The notes under the pieces: generated by a model
What the model saw: only the letters and a program-made list of their open reading frames with translations
Databases searched by the model: none
What the model was told of the DNA's origin: nothing
Shown here: positions 1 to 13,232 of the stretch, piece after piece
Numbering within the stretch: the first letter of the stretch is position 1
Layout: each line of letters opens with the position of its first letter
From: Curvularia clavata
Taxonomy: Eukaryota
Direction of reading: 5' to 3'
Assembly: GCA_023920165.1 (NCBI GenBank)
Contig: CP089276.1
Location: 992,001 to 1,056,000 of the forward strand
Length of the DNA stretch: 64,000 bases
Made by a program: the position numbers and the translations under genes

Positions 1-715
1 GAGTGCAGAAGGAGACGTCACGGTCGGTACGGCCAGCGCGGTAGGGAATCTTAGGGCCCTGCATCTCTTGGATGGCGCAAACACCAGCAAGGATCCAGAG
101 GTCAGAGTAGCTGATCCATGGGTAGGCCTGCTTGACGGGCTCGAGGAAGTCGCGGGCAGCCTTGAGACCAGCGTTGGCGCCGTGGTCACCCTCAGGGGCG
201 AAGCGCATGGTTGCACCGTTGGAGCCACCAGTTCCAGTCAACTTGTCGTAACTGCAGCATGTTAGTATTAAATTCTGGGGTGATGAGAAAGACATTGGAT
301 ATACTCACGTTCCCGAAGCGTGCCATGCCAGACGCAGGAGCACAGGGCCGTAGCTGCCGTCGTCGTAGTCATCCTGGTCCTGCAGCCTCTTGGCAATATC
401 GTCGTAGACCTTCTGGTAGTCCTCGAAGCGGGGTGTGAAGATCTTGGAGCTGGTCTGGCCAAACAGCTCTGGCTTGTATGTGTAGAGAGCATAGCCACCA
501 GCACCGAGAAGCAGAGCGCCCGCACCCCAGGCTAGACCAGTTGGGTTGCCCTCGTGCTTATCAGGGCCATCCTCAGAAGCATATCCGCGTCGTTGGTTGC
601 GGAAAGCATTTTGTGTGGGTGCAACGAAGCGGGCAGAGGAGCGGGTGGCGGTGGTGCGGAAGGAAGGTGCAGCGGTGCGCAGAGCGCGGGAGAAAGTTCG
701 AGAGGCCGATGCCAT
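1..715 (-). CDS. CCP1: Mitochondrial cytochrome c peroxidase (5' part; runs off window start)
   Basis: Presequence [15 protein letters not shown] anchor, and class I peroxidase motif [14 protein letters not shown]. Intron ~308-252 (GTGAGT..CAG), then [17 protein letters not shown]...[13 protein letters not shown]. Confidence 0.93.
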
Positions 716-1855
716 TGTGGTGATACGGTTGTGTATGTTGATAAGCTGGCAAAGGGTTTGATTGCCTCCAGAAAGCTCAATTGGCTTGGAAAGAGGGCAA
801 GGAGATGAGGCAAAAAGCCAGAAAAAGCAGGACGACAGAAGATGACAACCGAGGGCGTGAGAAGGATCTTAAAGGACACAGCATATGCCGATGGCAACAA
901 TCTTTCTTTCTGGAAGCCACGCCAAAAGACCCACCTTTTCGGCGGCCGCACCAATCACAGGCCGCACAGCGGCTGACCGTCTGGACCCTTTCGATTACGA
1001 TATCTCAAACCATTGCGACATGAGCCCGAGGACTTAGGTGTCTGATCTCGATTCGCCGAAGGGCGGGTTTGTAGATACGGCGACAAAGATTGCCAAGGGC
1101 AAAACCCAGGGCATCCGGCAAAGAGGCGCGGTGGTTTTGTGCCTGCTGGCACCCGGGTGCATAATCCGACTTCCAGGCGCTGTCATTGGCTGTGCCGCAG
1201 CCGATCGACGCAGGCCAGATGTCGGGAGTGAGGGGCAATGGTGTGCGGCTCTGCGGCAGCCGCCTCCATACGCCATTGTCGTCTTCATAGACTACTGCTG
1301 TCGTCTTACCATCACCATGCTGCCTTGCACGGTAGTTTCTACGTTGCTCACCATCCCAGCCTCGGCCCTCTGCACCGACCAGCCAATCGTTATGCCGACA
1401 TACTAAGCTGTGGGGGATGACTCGGTCTGCGCCCACATGCCGTCCCTCTCCGACAACGGCACGGGCAGAAAAGTGGATGCTTCGCTCCAACAAGTAATTT
1501 TGTCCATCTAGCTCGGTAGCTCGGGTACTCCACTGCCTTGTATGCATGCATGTGTCAGGGCGTCAAGGTTGTCTGTCAAAAAGACGATTCCATTGGACCT
1601 AAAAACAACAGGGTAGTATTAGGGCAGTGAAACAACAAACGATCAAAAAAGCAACCAAACGCAAATAACTCCCGCTAGCCATTGCCCTTCGGCTTGTGAT
1701 ACCAAGTCTTGACCCAGCGCCTTGCAGGGAAATGCTCATGCCCATGCTCATATCGAAATCAGAAAAATCAGAACCGGCTCCGGTGCCAAAAATGCAATCA
1801 TTAACCCAGGTATTCTTCCTTCGTCGCAGCGTGAAACATGAAAAGTAAAAACAAA

Positions 1856-3277
1856 TCAATGAAACATATGGTGCCCGGGCGGCGGCGGGGGCAGACCCAT
1901 GATGGCGCCGAGATAGAGATGCGGATGCGGATGCGGATAGACGTTCATGCTGCTCGTGGGCGTGGATATGCCCGACGTCGATGCGGTAGGTGGGTGGGAC
2001 TCCTCCAGACTCCTTCTGGCTGCATTTGCTGCTGCCTCCTTGACAATCTTGGGTTTGAGCAGGTCCCATGAAGTACTGTTGGGATCCTTGGGAATCGTCA
2101 CGGCGCGCTTGTACGACGGACAGGCCTCGAGCTCCTTGACATCAATGGGTGGGTTTAGCTGAGCGGCCTTTTCCTTGAAGTAGGCCTTGCGCCTCGATTT
2201 CTTGGAACTGTACTCGGCAGTCCTAGCGGTTCGCTGCATCTCTTCCCACTGCTCCATCTTCTTTGCAAAAGCCTGTCGTTCCTCTATCTTCTGAGCTTTT
2301 GCAGCAAGCCAGGTAGCAATCCAGGTCGAGGGCTCGTTGCTGTCAGAAGCCCGTTCACGCACTTCGCGGTTGTACTCGGCAACAAGCCTCTCTACGTCTG
2401 ACTTGAGGTATATTGTCTTGAGTGCATGTGTGCTGGCCGGGCCAACGCCAACAAAGTTACCCCAGGAATCGTAGATGCCGCTTGGAAGCGCCGCGCGGAT
2501 GAAGGAGATGTCCTCACCGTCTGGGCCCTTGAGCAGCGCCACGGCTTCATGTTCCTTGATGACCTGGTTGGTTAGACAATCCTTGCACATGCGGCGCAGA
2601 AACGCCCAGAACGTCTTGCGGGTGTTCTAGACAGCGTCAATACACGGTTCACGGTCAGTTTGCAACGTGCTCAAGGCATCACTCACCGGCGCACCGCAGT
2701 CCATACAGCCATGGCCGTGGCGTAGATGGGCAAACTGGAATTCGGTAAGTCCTGGAGGTGGGTCCGGCATGTCGGTCCCGTAGTAGTAAACCCTGCTGTG
2801 CTTCCAGAGCATGGGGTTGTCGCGTAAAAAGCGATAGCACGACGCAATCTTGCTGCGCATCTCGAGTAACTGGGCCGGGTCCGAGTAGGAGAGGATTATG
2901 AACCAGCAGTCGAGATCGACGCCCTTGGACAGAACCTTGCCCCGGCGTAACCTGGTGGGCTTGCGCTGCTGCCACTGCTGGGTGAGCAGCGGGCGGGCGG
3001 GCTGGGTGGCGAGTGGTGCTGCGGCATTGCTGGCATAGGAGTGGGCTGAGTGTGGTGCTGCGTCGTAGTCTCTCTTGCCATCATCACCCCGCTTGCGCTT
3101 CAGACTGCCTTCGACCTTTGCCAAGGGAACATTGTGGGAGCGCACCTCTTGGGCAAAGGCAGCACGCTTGCCAGCGGGCGGGCGGCAATTAATCACTGTC
3201 GCATAGGCCTGGTCGGGCGTCTGCAGGAAGGGCGTCTGCTTGTTGACTGTAAAGGCGACATATTTGGCATTCACCAT
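1856..3277 (-). CDS. Conserved fungal hypothetical protein, F-box-like with Cys motifs (2+ exons; start uncertain)
   Basis: ORFs 2627-3277 and 1856-2590 join through an intron (~2686-2630). F-box-like segment DLDCWFIILSYSDPAQLLEMR..LW, followed by CMDCG...RRMCKDC and a charged coiled region. Confidence 0.6.
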
Positions 3278-4427
3278 TTCGGGGTCAGCAGGCCAGCCGC
3301 TCTCTGGAATGGGCGGTCGAGTCCGAGGGCACGCAAGTGTGGCTTTCCGGGAGCAGAGCCAACCTTTGCATAGAGTCGTGGCAGCAGAATGGACGAGAGG
3401 GGGGCGCAGCGGTCAGAGGGCGTGAGGAAGCAGGAAAGGAGCGTGGACGACGACGCCGCTGAGACTTCCGCGTGCCCAGGCTCGAGTGAGGTCGGCTGCC
3501 GAACCAGTCTTGCCCGATGGCAAGGTTGACCCTTTCGCATACAAAACCTGGCCCTGCTCGCTCTCGTTAGTCAGCTCCAGACTGCCTGTGCCTGCCCTTG
3601 ACTACGACGCTTTGACATCACGCTGCTCTGCGGGCGCCCTGGGCCGGCCGCCTCCACACCATTTGCTCCATCCAACATAGCACACCTCGTCCAAGATGCA
3701 CGTCTACACGCCGCCCTACTCCTATTACTACTACTACCAGCCGCAGCCCGTCTGGACATGCATACGCCCGCCACTAGCAGCCAGGCCCCCTCCCGCACAC
3801 TCGTCGCTTCAACCCATTCTGACGCTCGCTGCCTCTGTGCAATTTGGCCGAAGACGCCACACTGCTGATCACATGGTAGCAGCAGCGTTAGACGCGAGGC
3901 GCGCGCCGCCCGACTCTTATTTTTTTCTGCGCCATTGACCGACCCGGCAAAAGTCGCCTGCCCGAGCCATGGATGGCAATGGTGAAAGGCGCACGGACAC
4001 GGCGTGCATGCAAAGGTTACGTCGTAGCCTGTGCTATCCGCGACTTGGCGGCTGGGGAACGATGGGACGACTTCCCCGACGAGATGCGATGCTACCGACG
4101 CAGGAGCAAAAGGCAGGAGTCAAAGATGCGGGGTTAGCGAGAAGCCCGCTGGCAAGAGTGGCTAGGGCCGACAGCTAGGGCGTGCGACCTCGGCCTGCTT
4201 ATGCGTGCTATGTAAGTAAGACGTGTCGACGTCCATCTGTCACCCTCCGTTTGCTCCGGCTATATCTTTCCCTTTGCCTCGCCCTGCAGGTGCCATTCTA
4301 AGCCCAGGTTCGGCCCTTTGTTCTACCACGGTACACGCTGTGGTCGACCATCTGTCCAGGCGCACCTCATCAAGTCTGTTCCGCGCCAGACCGTCTGTCT
4401 GACACTGCCAAAAACCAAAACGCCACC

Positions 4428-6224
4428 ATGTTTGGCAAGAGAGAGAGTAAGTCGAGGGTCTCCCTGTCGCGGCGCCAAGTGGTTTCGGATTACATCTGAA
4501 AAGGCTTGTCCCAGAGTAGTCTCATCGCCAAGCTCCAACACGGCACACATCACCCATGTAGTCTGGCGAGGCAGAGCAGAACAACAGTCTGACCATTTGC
4601 AGAAGAACCGCCGTCTCCGGATGTTGGCAAGGAGGAAGCCATCCCTCGCTACGACAACACTCACGATGATGAGCTTGAACACATCACGTGCCCGCCCACC
4701 ACGACCGATTCCAAACTCATAGCCAAAATCGATCTTCATGTCATCCCATTCCTGTGCATCATGTACTTGCTGGCTTTCCTGGACCGCGTTAACATTGCCA
4801 ACGCCAATGTATTTGGTCTCAGCCAGGAACTCGATCTCAACAGAGACAACCGCTACAACACGGCGCTTGTCATCTTCTTCGTCCCCTACATCCTCTTCGA
4901 GATCCCGTCCAACATTCTGCTCAAGAAGATGAAGCCTCGTATTTGGCTTAGCATCTGCATGTTTGGCTTTGGACTCGTCACAACGCTGCAAGGCCTGGTG
5001 CAAAACTACAGCGGATTGTTGGCTACCCGCTTTTTCTTGGGTGTTTTCGAGGCTGGCATGTTTCCGGGAGCATTCTATCTGATTGGAATGTGGTATAGGA
5101 GACACGAAGCTCAGAAACGCTTTTCCTTCTTCTTCAGTTCAACTACGCTTGCTGGAGCCTTTGGTGGACTGCTAGCCAGTGCCATCGGTAAAATGGACCA
5201 CATGAGAGGTTACCGAGGGTACGTCTTGAATCAACACATCCTCGCTATAAACGATGGCCGTCTGGCTATGTCGTCAAGGACAAAAAGCTAATACAGGAAT
5301 AGATGGCGTTGGATTTTCATCCTCGAGGGCTTGTTGACCGTCGTGGTATCGTTCGCATTCTTCTTTCTGCTACCAAATTTCCCCGAAGAAGTCAAGTGGC
5401 TGTCGGAGCCTGAGCGTGCCTACGTGAAATACCGCCTCCAAATTGACCAAGGCCGCTCCGCTCGTGAGCGCCCCATCAAACTGCGAGACGTTGGAAACGT
5501 GTTCAAGGACCCCAAGATCTTTGTTGGTGGCATGATGTATTTTGGCCTGATTGTACCAGCCTACGGCTACGCCTACTTTTCGCCCGCCATTATCCAAGGC
5601 TATGGCTACTCGCCCATCCAGACCCAGCTTCACAGCGTGCCTCCGTGGGCCGCTGCTTTCGGTTTTGCCATGACGGTTGCCTATTTCTCTGATCGCCTAA
5701 AGCATCGCTTCCTTTTCGCCATTTTCCCCATCTGTGTCGCGATCGCCGGGTTCGCCATTCTTATCTCTGTGCATAACCATCGCGAGCTACAATACGCTGC
5801 ACTTTTCCTGGTGGCCATGGGAGCTTATACGGCTATGCCTGTTATTGTCTGTTGGTTCAACATGAACTTGGGTGGACATCACAGGAGAGCTGTCGGTAGT
5901 GCGTGGCAGGTTGGCTTCGGTAAGTTCTAGAGATTTTCTTATTCCATCTGTCTTGTGATATATGAACTGACATGATACTTAGGTAACATTGGCGGCATTA
6001 TTGCTACATTTGCATTCCTCAAGAAAGACGCACCCAAGTATACCAAGGGTTATTCCATCAGTATTGCTTTTGTGTGCCTTAGCGCCCTGAGCTGCTGCGT
6101 GTACTTTGTCATGTGCAGCTGGGCGAACCGAAGGCGCGAAAAGAGTGTCAGGGATGTGGGCTTGACAGAGTATGAGAAGACGGAGATGGGTGATTTGAAT
6201 CCAGACTACCGCTATCTGCTTTAG
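4428..6224 (+). CDS. MFS transporter, allantoate/nicotinate permease (ACS) type; 4 exons
   Basis: Motifs KIDLHVIPFLCIMYLLAFLDRVNIANA, WYRRHEAQKR, WRWIFILEG and a C-terminal GDLNPDYRYLL. Multiple TM helices. Introns near 4447, 5219 and 5920. Confidence 0.92.
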
Positions 6225-6735
6225 AGAGACTAAGGCGAAGGGGAAGAATATATATAGAAAGCGAAAACACGATCTACGGTAAAGAATGTATACAAGTGGA
6301 ATTCTAAAGCCTGCAACATAGTAGATTATGATTTTAGAGAATTAAAGACTCCCAATGAGTGGGTACTCTCGAGTAGTCTAGAGTATATCCACCATTCCAC
6401 CAACTAAACTGGCATAGCGTTTCGTCGCTGTACATATGAGACGACACGATCTTACAGCACAGCTGTGGCGTGTTTCATTCGACGTAAGTGGTTTGAAGTT
6501 CAGCAACCTAAACCGATTTTACCATACGCTATCGTTCCTTTATGGCTTTATTCCGCCCGGAGATGCTTTACGAGGATTGTCGCCGTTTGAGACTGCGCTT
6601 CGTGTGTATGCTGGGTATTGATAGGCTTGGCTGCATTTGGAGCTACCAGCTCGTGCGTCTACTGAATTCGCATTATCGATTGCCGATGAATGGAAAACGA
6701 AAAAGTGTACCATGCACCCATTCGTTCCCATCTTC

Positions 6736-7578
6736 TCAGGTCACACTCTGCGCAGTCGTAATGCTCTCTGTATCATCACTTGCATGGCCCCAAATCTCCT
6801 TGCTTTCACTCTCGACTCCCCTCATCGCCTTTGCCACCTCTTCCAGCCGCACAACTACCTCCTGCACCCCCCTGTTTACTTTTTCAAAATAGAGATCATT
6901 CTCCTCTCTCCTCTTGCGGCTAAGTTCAATATCCTTCTCCGTTTCCTCTTCCAACTTGATTCTATCAAACAACTTGTCACCCTTGCCAGCACTAGCAGCA
7001 TCACGAGGATTCGTCAGAATCTGCGGCTGCAAGTCCGCTGCCTTGCTATCCTGTGCTTTCTTCTTCTTCTTCTGTTGCTGTTGCTGCTGCTCGGGCGACT
7101 GCTCATCTTCTTCCGAGCGCGCCCACGCTTTCGCAAGCTCGATCTGGGCTTTACGCAGCTCATCCAACGCGCGCGAGTGCTCAGAACCAAAAACAGTCAT
7201 TCCAGGGCCTCTTATGGCGCTGAGTTCGACCTCCTCGAGTGTATTTTGCATTTCGGCCCATATCGCTTCCGCGCGTGACGAGGCTTCAGCATCGGCGGCT
7301 TGGCTTTGTTGGCGCTGGCGCCTTTGAAATGGTGCGGAGGGATTTGTCGACACGGGGCTGAGATGGTCGCCATCGTTGGTGGTGTTTGGAGGGAGAGGCC
7401 GCTTTGAGTCGGGCGAAAGCAAGGAGCGTTGGCGGACTAGGGGTGTCTTCGTGGGCGCACGAGTCTCGTGCAGCGATGTGTTGGATGCATTGTGCGATGG
7501 CGGTCCGACGAAAAGGGCAGGTGCAGGAAGGCGATTGGTCTGAGTCCTAGTGACCTTCTTGTCGTCTTTGGAACTCAT
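6736..7578 (-). CDS. Hypothetical coiled-coil protein
   Basis: Single ORF of about 280 aa from MSSKDDKK. Contains helical segments AIWAEMQNTLEEVELSA and HSRALDELRKAQIELAKAW. Divergent from RPS23. Confidence 0.7.
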   Translation of the reverse strand: MSSKDDKKVTRTQTNRLPAPALFVGPPSHNASNTSLHETRAPTKTPLVRQRSLLSPDSKRPLPPNTTNDGDHLSPVSTNPSAPFQRRQRQQSQAADAEASSRAEAIWAEMQNTLEEVELSAIRGPGMTVFGSEHSRALDELRKAQIELAKAWARSEEDEQSPEQQQQQQKKKKKAQDSKAADLQPQILTNPRDAASAGKGDKLFDRIKLEEETEKDIELSRKRREENDLYFEKVNRGVQEVVVRLEEVAKAMRGVESESKEIWGHASDDTESITTAQSVT

Positions 7579-7978
7579 AATGTCGTATGCGAAGAGATGT
7601 TTACGGGGAAGAGGTGGTAGACACACGTGAGCTGGCGCTAGATCCAGAAGCTAACAAGGCCTTCGAATGCCGGACCTCAGACGCTGAACTCTAGAAACAG
7701 GTACTGCTTGTCGACACGAATGGAACCAGTCATTTCATCGTCTGGGTTCAGAGGAATTGCTGATACTGGTGTTGGGTGTTCTGAGGCCTCGGTCCAGATG
7801 GAATGACGATGGAGCGATAAGATAAGCGACACCCCTGCACATGCGCTAGCCACCAGAGAAGCGACGCCAAGGCCCGTGCGCACACAACTGGGTTCGATTT
7901 CTCTTTCCCGATACCTACTTCGACGCTCGCGATACTAACCACCTACTCTCCAGCACACCTGTCGTCAACACCGCAACC

Positions 7979-8625
7979 ATGGGTAAAGGTATGCACTTCC
8001 TCCCTTGAAACGCCTTCAATCCTTCGAGATACCATCGAAACGCGCCCTCGCTCTGCACGATGCCACTGTCCAATTTGCAGCTGCTCACAATCTTCTCATA
8101 GGAAAGCCAAGAGGTCTCAACGCCGCCCGCAAGCTCCGCAACCATCGCCGTGAGGGACGATGGGCCGATCTCCACTACAAGAAGCGCCTTCTCGGAACCG
8201 CGTTCAAGTCCTCTCCCTTCGGTGGATCTTCCCACGCCAAGGGTATCGTCCTTGAGAAGGTCGGTGTTGAGGCCAAGCAGCCCAACTCCGCTATCCGAAA
8301 GTGTGTCAGGGTCCAGTTGATCAAGAACGGAAAGAAGGTCACCGCTTTCGGTATGTCACTCAATCTCAGGAATCGAGCGTGGAGCCACAGAAAAGCATCT
8401 GTGGCGGTTACGCATGTATCAAGAAAATGGGGCTAACGCGAAGCAGTCCCCAACGACGGTTGCTTGAACTTCGTGGACGAGAACGACGAAGTCCTCCTCG
8501 CCGGTTTCGGTCGTAAGGGCAAGGCCAAGGGTGATATTCCCGGTGTCCGTTTCAAGGTTGTCAAGGTTTCCGGTGTCGGTCTCTCGGCGCTGTGGAAGGA
8601 GAAGAAGGAGAAGCCCAGGTCATAG
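7979..8625 (+). CDS. RPS23: 40S ribosomal protein S23 (uS12); 3 exons
   Basis: [15 protein letters not shown]...[36 protein letters not shown]...KEKKEKPRS. Introns ~7989-8101 and ~8352-8446. Confidence 0.98.
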
Positions 8626-9270
8626 AGTACTGGCCGACAAGGAATCAAAGAAGGAAACGAACGTGGATCACCAGCCCGCCATGAACGAATGATGGAATCC
8701 GCGGATCACTGCGGAAGGTTTTCGGAGTCTTTACATTGGGGATATCTGTGCTTCTACTCGGCATATGAATGTCATGATATGCTGGAGGGTTAGATAGAAA
8801 ATCTGACTCGTTCAAGCGCCCACTTTGTTTGCAAAAGTCATTGCTGGGCTGGTGTGTGTACTGCTTCACAATTCCTTGGTGGCTTACTGGTCATTTGCGG
8901 GGCTTAAAGCACAACACTGAACATGTTTTGCGTGCAGACGGAAAGTTACTCGCCTATCCAATTGACATGACATTTGCTTTACCCACTCATACAATTCCTT
9001 GCCTGTCTATTACAAAGGAGATTTGCAACATACCGATCCCGTTCTGCGGCCTTACAAACTCCGGCCAATGTAACATAGTAAAGAAGTGCCGCTTGCCGCC
9101 GGGTATCTCAATCCAAACGCCAGTTAATAATGCACCCGCCATCCCAAAGAACAGAAGAAAAGAAAAACAAACAAGCCAAAAGAAGAAAGAAAAGCAGGAA
9201 ACCCTAACGCTCGCTAGTGCAAACCCAAGTATTGAAGGCGCAGCCCCCAACTTTCCTTTTTCTATTATTT

Positions 9271-11073
9271 CTATTTGGAGAACAAGGAGTTGAACGTATC
9301 CTCGAGTCCCGTATCCTTCATAGTACCATAGTAATCGTACTTGAGCTTCGGACTAGCAAACAGCTCAGCGTCCCTCTTGACATTTTTCGGGACGCCCAGG
9401 CCCTCCAGGCCGTGTGAACTCCCTGCACCATCCGCGCCCCTAATCTTTTTCTCTTCTTTGAAGAAATTAGGCATGCTTTCTTTGAGTGGCGGCGCCCAGA
9501 CGCCGCGTTTCCACGGATCGGGTTTCTGGTTGGCGGCGAGCGAGGTGGGGGGTGCGGCGGGAACGCGGTGGCGGAAGGGGTTGGGGTCTTTGCGGGCGAA
9601 GATGGAGTGTGGTTCTCTGGGTTTCGCAGATGGCGAGGGCTGTTCTTGGGCAGTGGTTGGACGCCGGGAAAATTGGTTGGATATGACTTCTGGGGGCTGA
9701 GAGGAGAAGCGGCCCTTGGTCGGGGTCCAGTCCATGTCGTCAACGTCCAGGAAAGCGTTTCGCTGCGCAAAAGGTGTCGTGGCCTCGGTGGTAGCGTGCG
9801 TAGTAAAGGATGCTTCGGTGATTGTGGGTGATGGAGGAGCGGGAGAGGATTCTTGATAGCCTTGGATTCCGGATGCGAACGAATGGGCCATGCTGTCGAA
9901 GAGATCCGCTTGAGGATGTGCAGGATGATAAGAGCCTCGACGCTCTTTCTTTGCGCTGTTAGGTGCGCTGAGGACAGGCTCCTGGGTTGCTTTGGCGAAG
10001 GATGGTACGGCGCCGTAGATTATGCGGACAGTCTTCCAGGTCAAGATAAACGAGATAGCGAGTACCCCAGTCATGACCATTTGAGAATAACGGAAACCTT
10101 GCAGTGTGTGGCTGTCGATTGTGGTATGCTGCCAATAGTAGAGATTCGCAAAACGGAGTATCACTACAGTGCAGCGTATCGACCACAGTGATGTGAGACC
10201 ATGCATTCTCCCGGTAAGACTGTTCATCTTGAGCTTCAGCTTAGGGTTCCACCAGATAGTGAGCAGGTCGGCAAACACGGCGTATTGCAACCATTTGACT
10301 ATATATGGCGAAAATACACAGATGTTGTCGACTGAGCGCAAGAGAAATGCTTGTTGCATACAAGAACTCCAAGAGAAGACGCGATGTTCCTGAACAGCCT
10401 CGTCTGGTACCATGATCGTTCCAGCAACATGCCAGAGCAATCCCATCACCGTGCTCAGTATGTAAGTCCATTTCGCCAGCGAAATGGCCCTGAGCGTCCA
10501 CGTTTGTCGCGCTGTGTACACGGTTGTGCGCTTCTTCTTGCTTGCCTCCATGATACGCGCCAAGTTGGCTGATCTGGCGACATGGTTCGCGTTCTGTATT
10601 TGGTTCTGGACCCGGGGTAGACAGTCCTTACAGACCTGCGGATAGCGCTCCTCAATTTCGAACTTGTAGTCGTCATAGGCCGCGAGATATTTTTCATATT
10701 GCGGGTCGTCTTCGTCTGGAATGAATTCGGCGAGCAGAGTCGTGCAAAGCATTTGGTTGTGCTGACACGCGTCGCAGAAGATGTCTTCTGCAGGAGCAGA
10801 CATGAAGGGCGAGGGTGACCGTGAGGGTATGTATTGAAGTACAGGCGCAGGGGCAGTTGCAATCTCTTCTATCGGAGGATCCGTGATGTTTCCGCGCTGA
10901 TAGCCAGTTAGTTGCGTGGAGATTGCATGTTCATGTGTTTAACCATTTACCTCGTCAAAGTGATTCACAGCGTCGCAATGAGGACAGTGGTATGTCTTGG
11001 GTATCTGTGAGACACTGTCTCGTGCTTGGACATTGCAGTAATGACAGCGCAGTCTGCGCCGTAGGAGCGGCAT
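9271..11073 (-). CDS. IMA1: Integral inner nuclear membrane protein Ima1 (Ima1_N Cys-rich domain)
   Basis: N-terminal CHYC..CPHCDAVNHFDE, intron, then GNITDPP..FCDACQHNQ...RYPQVCKDC. Several TM helices and an MDWTPT motif follow. Confidence 0.85.
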
Positions 11074-11421
11074 GTTGAACCAGACTTCTAGAGGTTGGTG
11101 TGATGGTTGATGTTGCAGTACGATGTCATCGACGGGCTGTTTTGGCGTGGCAGAATAGCCACGCTGACACACCGCCCGCGTGCCGGCGCGGAAATTTGGC
11201 TCGCGATATCGATGGCACTGGTCACCTCCAAGAGGGACGACTTTCCCGCCAACCCATCGCTGCGAGGACAAAGCCACTAAGGCGAGGCACTTGCAGTGAA
11301 TTCAAGAGTGTCGATTGGCCTGAAAATCCCGTCGCCAGCATCCGTCCTCGTCCACCGTTCGATGGCTCGGTAGTCCGCAAACCCTCGCACATCCACATCC
11401 ACCGCCGCTATCCTACCCACC

Positions 11422-13030
11422 ATGAGCCAATTAGTCGTCCGGCCAGGGCGCAATGCCGCCCGTCAGGCCAAGAAGCTCAAGGAAGTCCGTAAAGTCAAGC
11501 ATGCTATTCAATGGCACGAGCGAGAGCGAAAGAAGCGGCAAGAAATCAAGCAAGAGCGATGGGAGTCCAAGCAATCCGTCCTCCAACGTATCATGTGGGA
11601 GAATGAGAACATTAAGGGAGTCAAGAAACGGGCCCTGGCCAATGCAAAGGAGGATTGGAAACTGGGCCCCTTGAGGCCAAACCGTGCCATTGGACCAAAC
11701 GCCGACAAGTATGGCGCCCTTACCGCGAACCAGATGCAGAAGCCCGAAATTCCCGTCAAGACACAAAAGAACCGCAATGCCGTGCGAGAGAGGAAGGGAT
11801 TGGAGTTGGAGTACCCATTGGTCGTCGACGATAAGAAGTACTTTCCAATCGTCAAGGATGACCGCGTCGTTATTCTCAAGGGAAAAGATGCTGGCAAGAT
11901 TGGTGTCGTGCAGGATATCATCCCCCGGACCCATGAAGTTATTGTCAAAGATTTGAACATGGTTTGTGTTTTCTATTTGTCTTGTGCGCTTGGTTGCTAA
12001 CGTTTCGTAGCAATATTACGACTCCAATGTCTTTAGTGCTGCCAATGAAGAGATGGGCCCCAAGCATCCAAATGAAGTGCCACTTCCCATGGACCATGTT
12101 CGTCTGGTAATACCCTCTGAGATCAACCAAGGAGGTGTAAAGCATTACAAGGATGTCATTGTAGAAAATATTTTCATGGAGCGACATACAACAGGCATTG
12201 ATCCCTACACTGGGACCGACTACGGAAACTCTGAAATACCAAAGGAACATCAATACGACCCTCGAAACGGCCTTCCCATCTTCCACCGCTATGTCTCTGG
12301 TACAAACCACCGTATTGAATGGCCATGGGAACGTGAAGAATGGATTGAAGAAGTTGAGGTCACGCAAGAGCAAGGCACAGAAAAGCGCTCATGGCTTAAA
12401 AAGACCATATCTACAATCGCTCAGCCGTTCTCCGGTCTGGACCGTTGGCGAAGCAGCAACAAGGAGGCTAGGGGACAACAAAACGCAAGCGCCCTCAAGA
12501 CGGAAGAGATTGAAGAAAACTTGACAGAGATCGAGAAGCAGCAACAACAAAAGTTCAAGACGGAACCTCCAAGAAGCAAGGACCCTGAACTTCCAGAGGC
12601 ATATGACGACGTAGACACAACGCGCAACATTGTCGAGAGATCCGATTCCATGTCTTACATCCTAGTTGCACCACCCTTCCCTGATACTCTTAGTGAAGAA
12701 CTCCGTGGCGATATCCACGACTTCTCTATCAAGGCGAAGAAAGACAGGGATCCTGATGCACCACGCGTCAAGATCCACAAGCACTCCGAACAGGGTGCGC
12801 TTGCACGTGAGATCGCAAAGGAACAAAAGCGGGCGGCCGAGGCGATGAAGACGCCCATGCAGTTGAGGTGGGAGCTGGAGCAAAGGAAGAAGGCAGAGGC
12901 GCTGAAGAAGCAACCTCTTGTAGACCGGGAGAGCTTGTTGGCTGCGCTGGGCCAGCACATGCAGAAGAAAGCTACAAAGCCCTACCTGGGCAAGAAGCAG
13001 ATCCCTTCGTCGACACAGGAGCTGGACTAG
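11422..13030 (+). CDS. MRPL40: Mitochondrial 54S ribosomal protein uL24 (KOW motif); 2 exons
   Basis: EDWKLGPLRP and KOW motif DRVVILKGKDAGKIGVV. Intron ~11962-12010, then PMDHVRLV and IEWPW. Confidence 0.8.
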
Positions 13031-13232
13031 ACTGCTTTTGTCGGTTCATGGTTGCATCACGGTCTCTGGGCACGAGAATTGTAACATAGACATTTTTGTA
13101 TACATAGCCGCGCACTGAAGGCAGCAATCTCAATATTAGCATCGTGGGGGTATCTTCGCTGTAAACTGTACATCAAACGCCGTCTCTTTTGCTATGCACA
13201 TCTCGGATCGCACATCTAGGCTTCTGATTTAT

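Noticed and set aside
1005..1547. ORFs of 84-180 aa between CCP1 and the F-box-like gene
   Set aside because: Overlapping ORFs on both strands with no motifs; probably promoter or UTR sequence.
4323..7278. Long antisense ORFs (4323-5105 minus, 6637-7278 plus)
   Set aside because: They are shadows of real genes on the opposite strand and carry no recognisable motifs.
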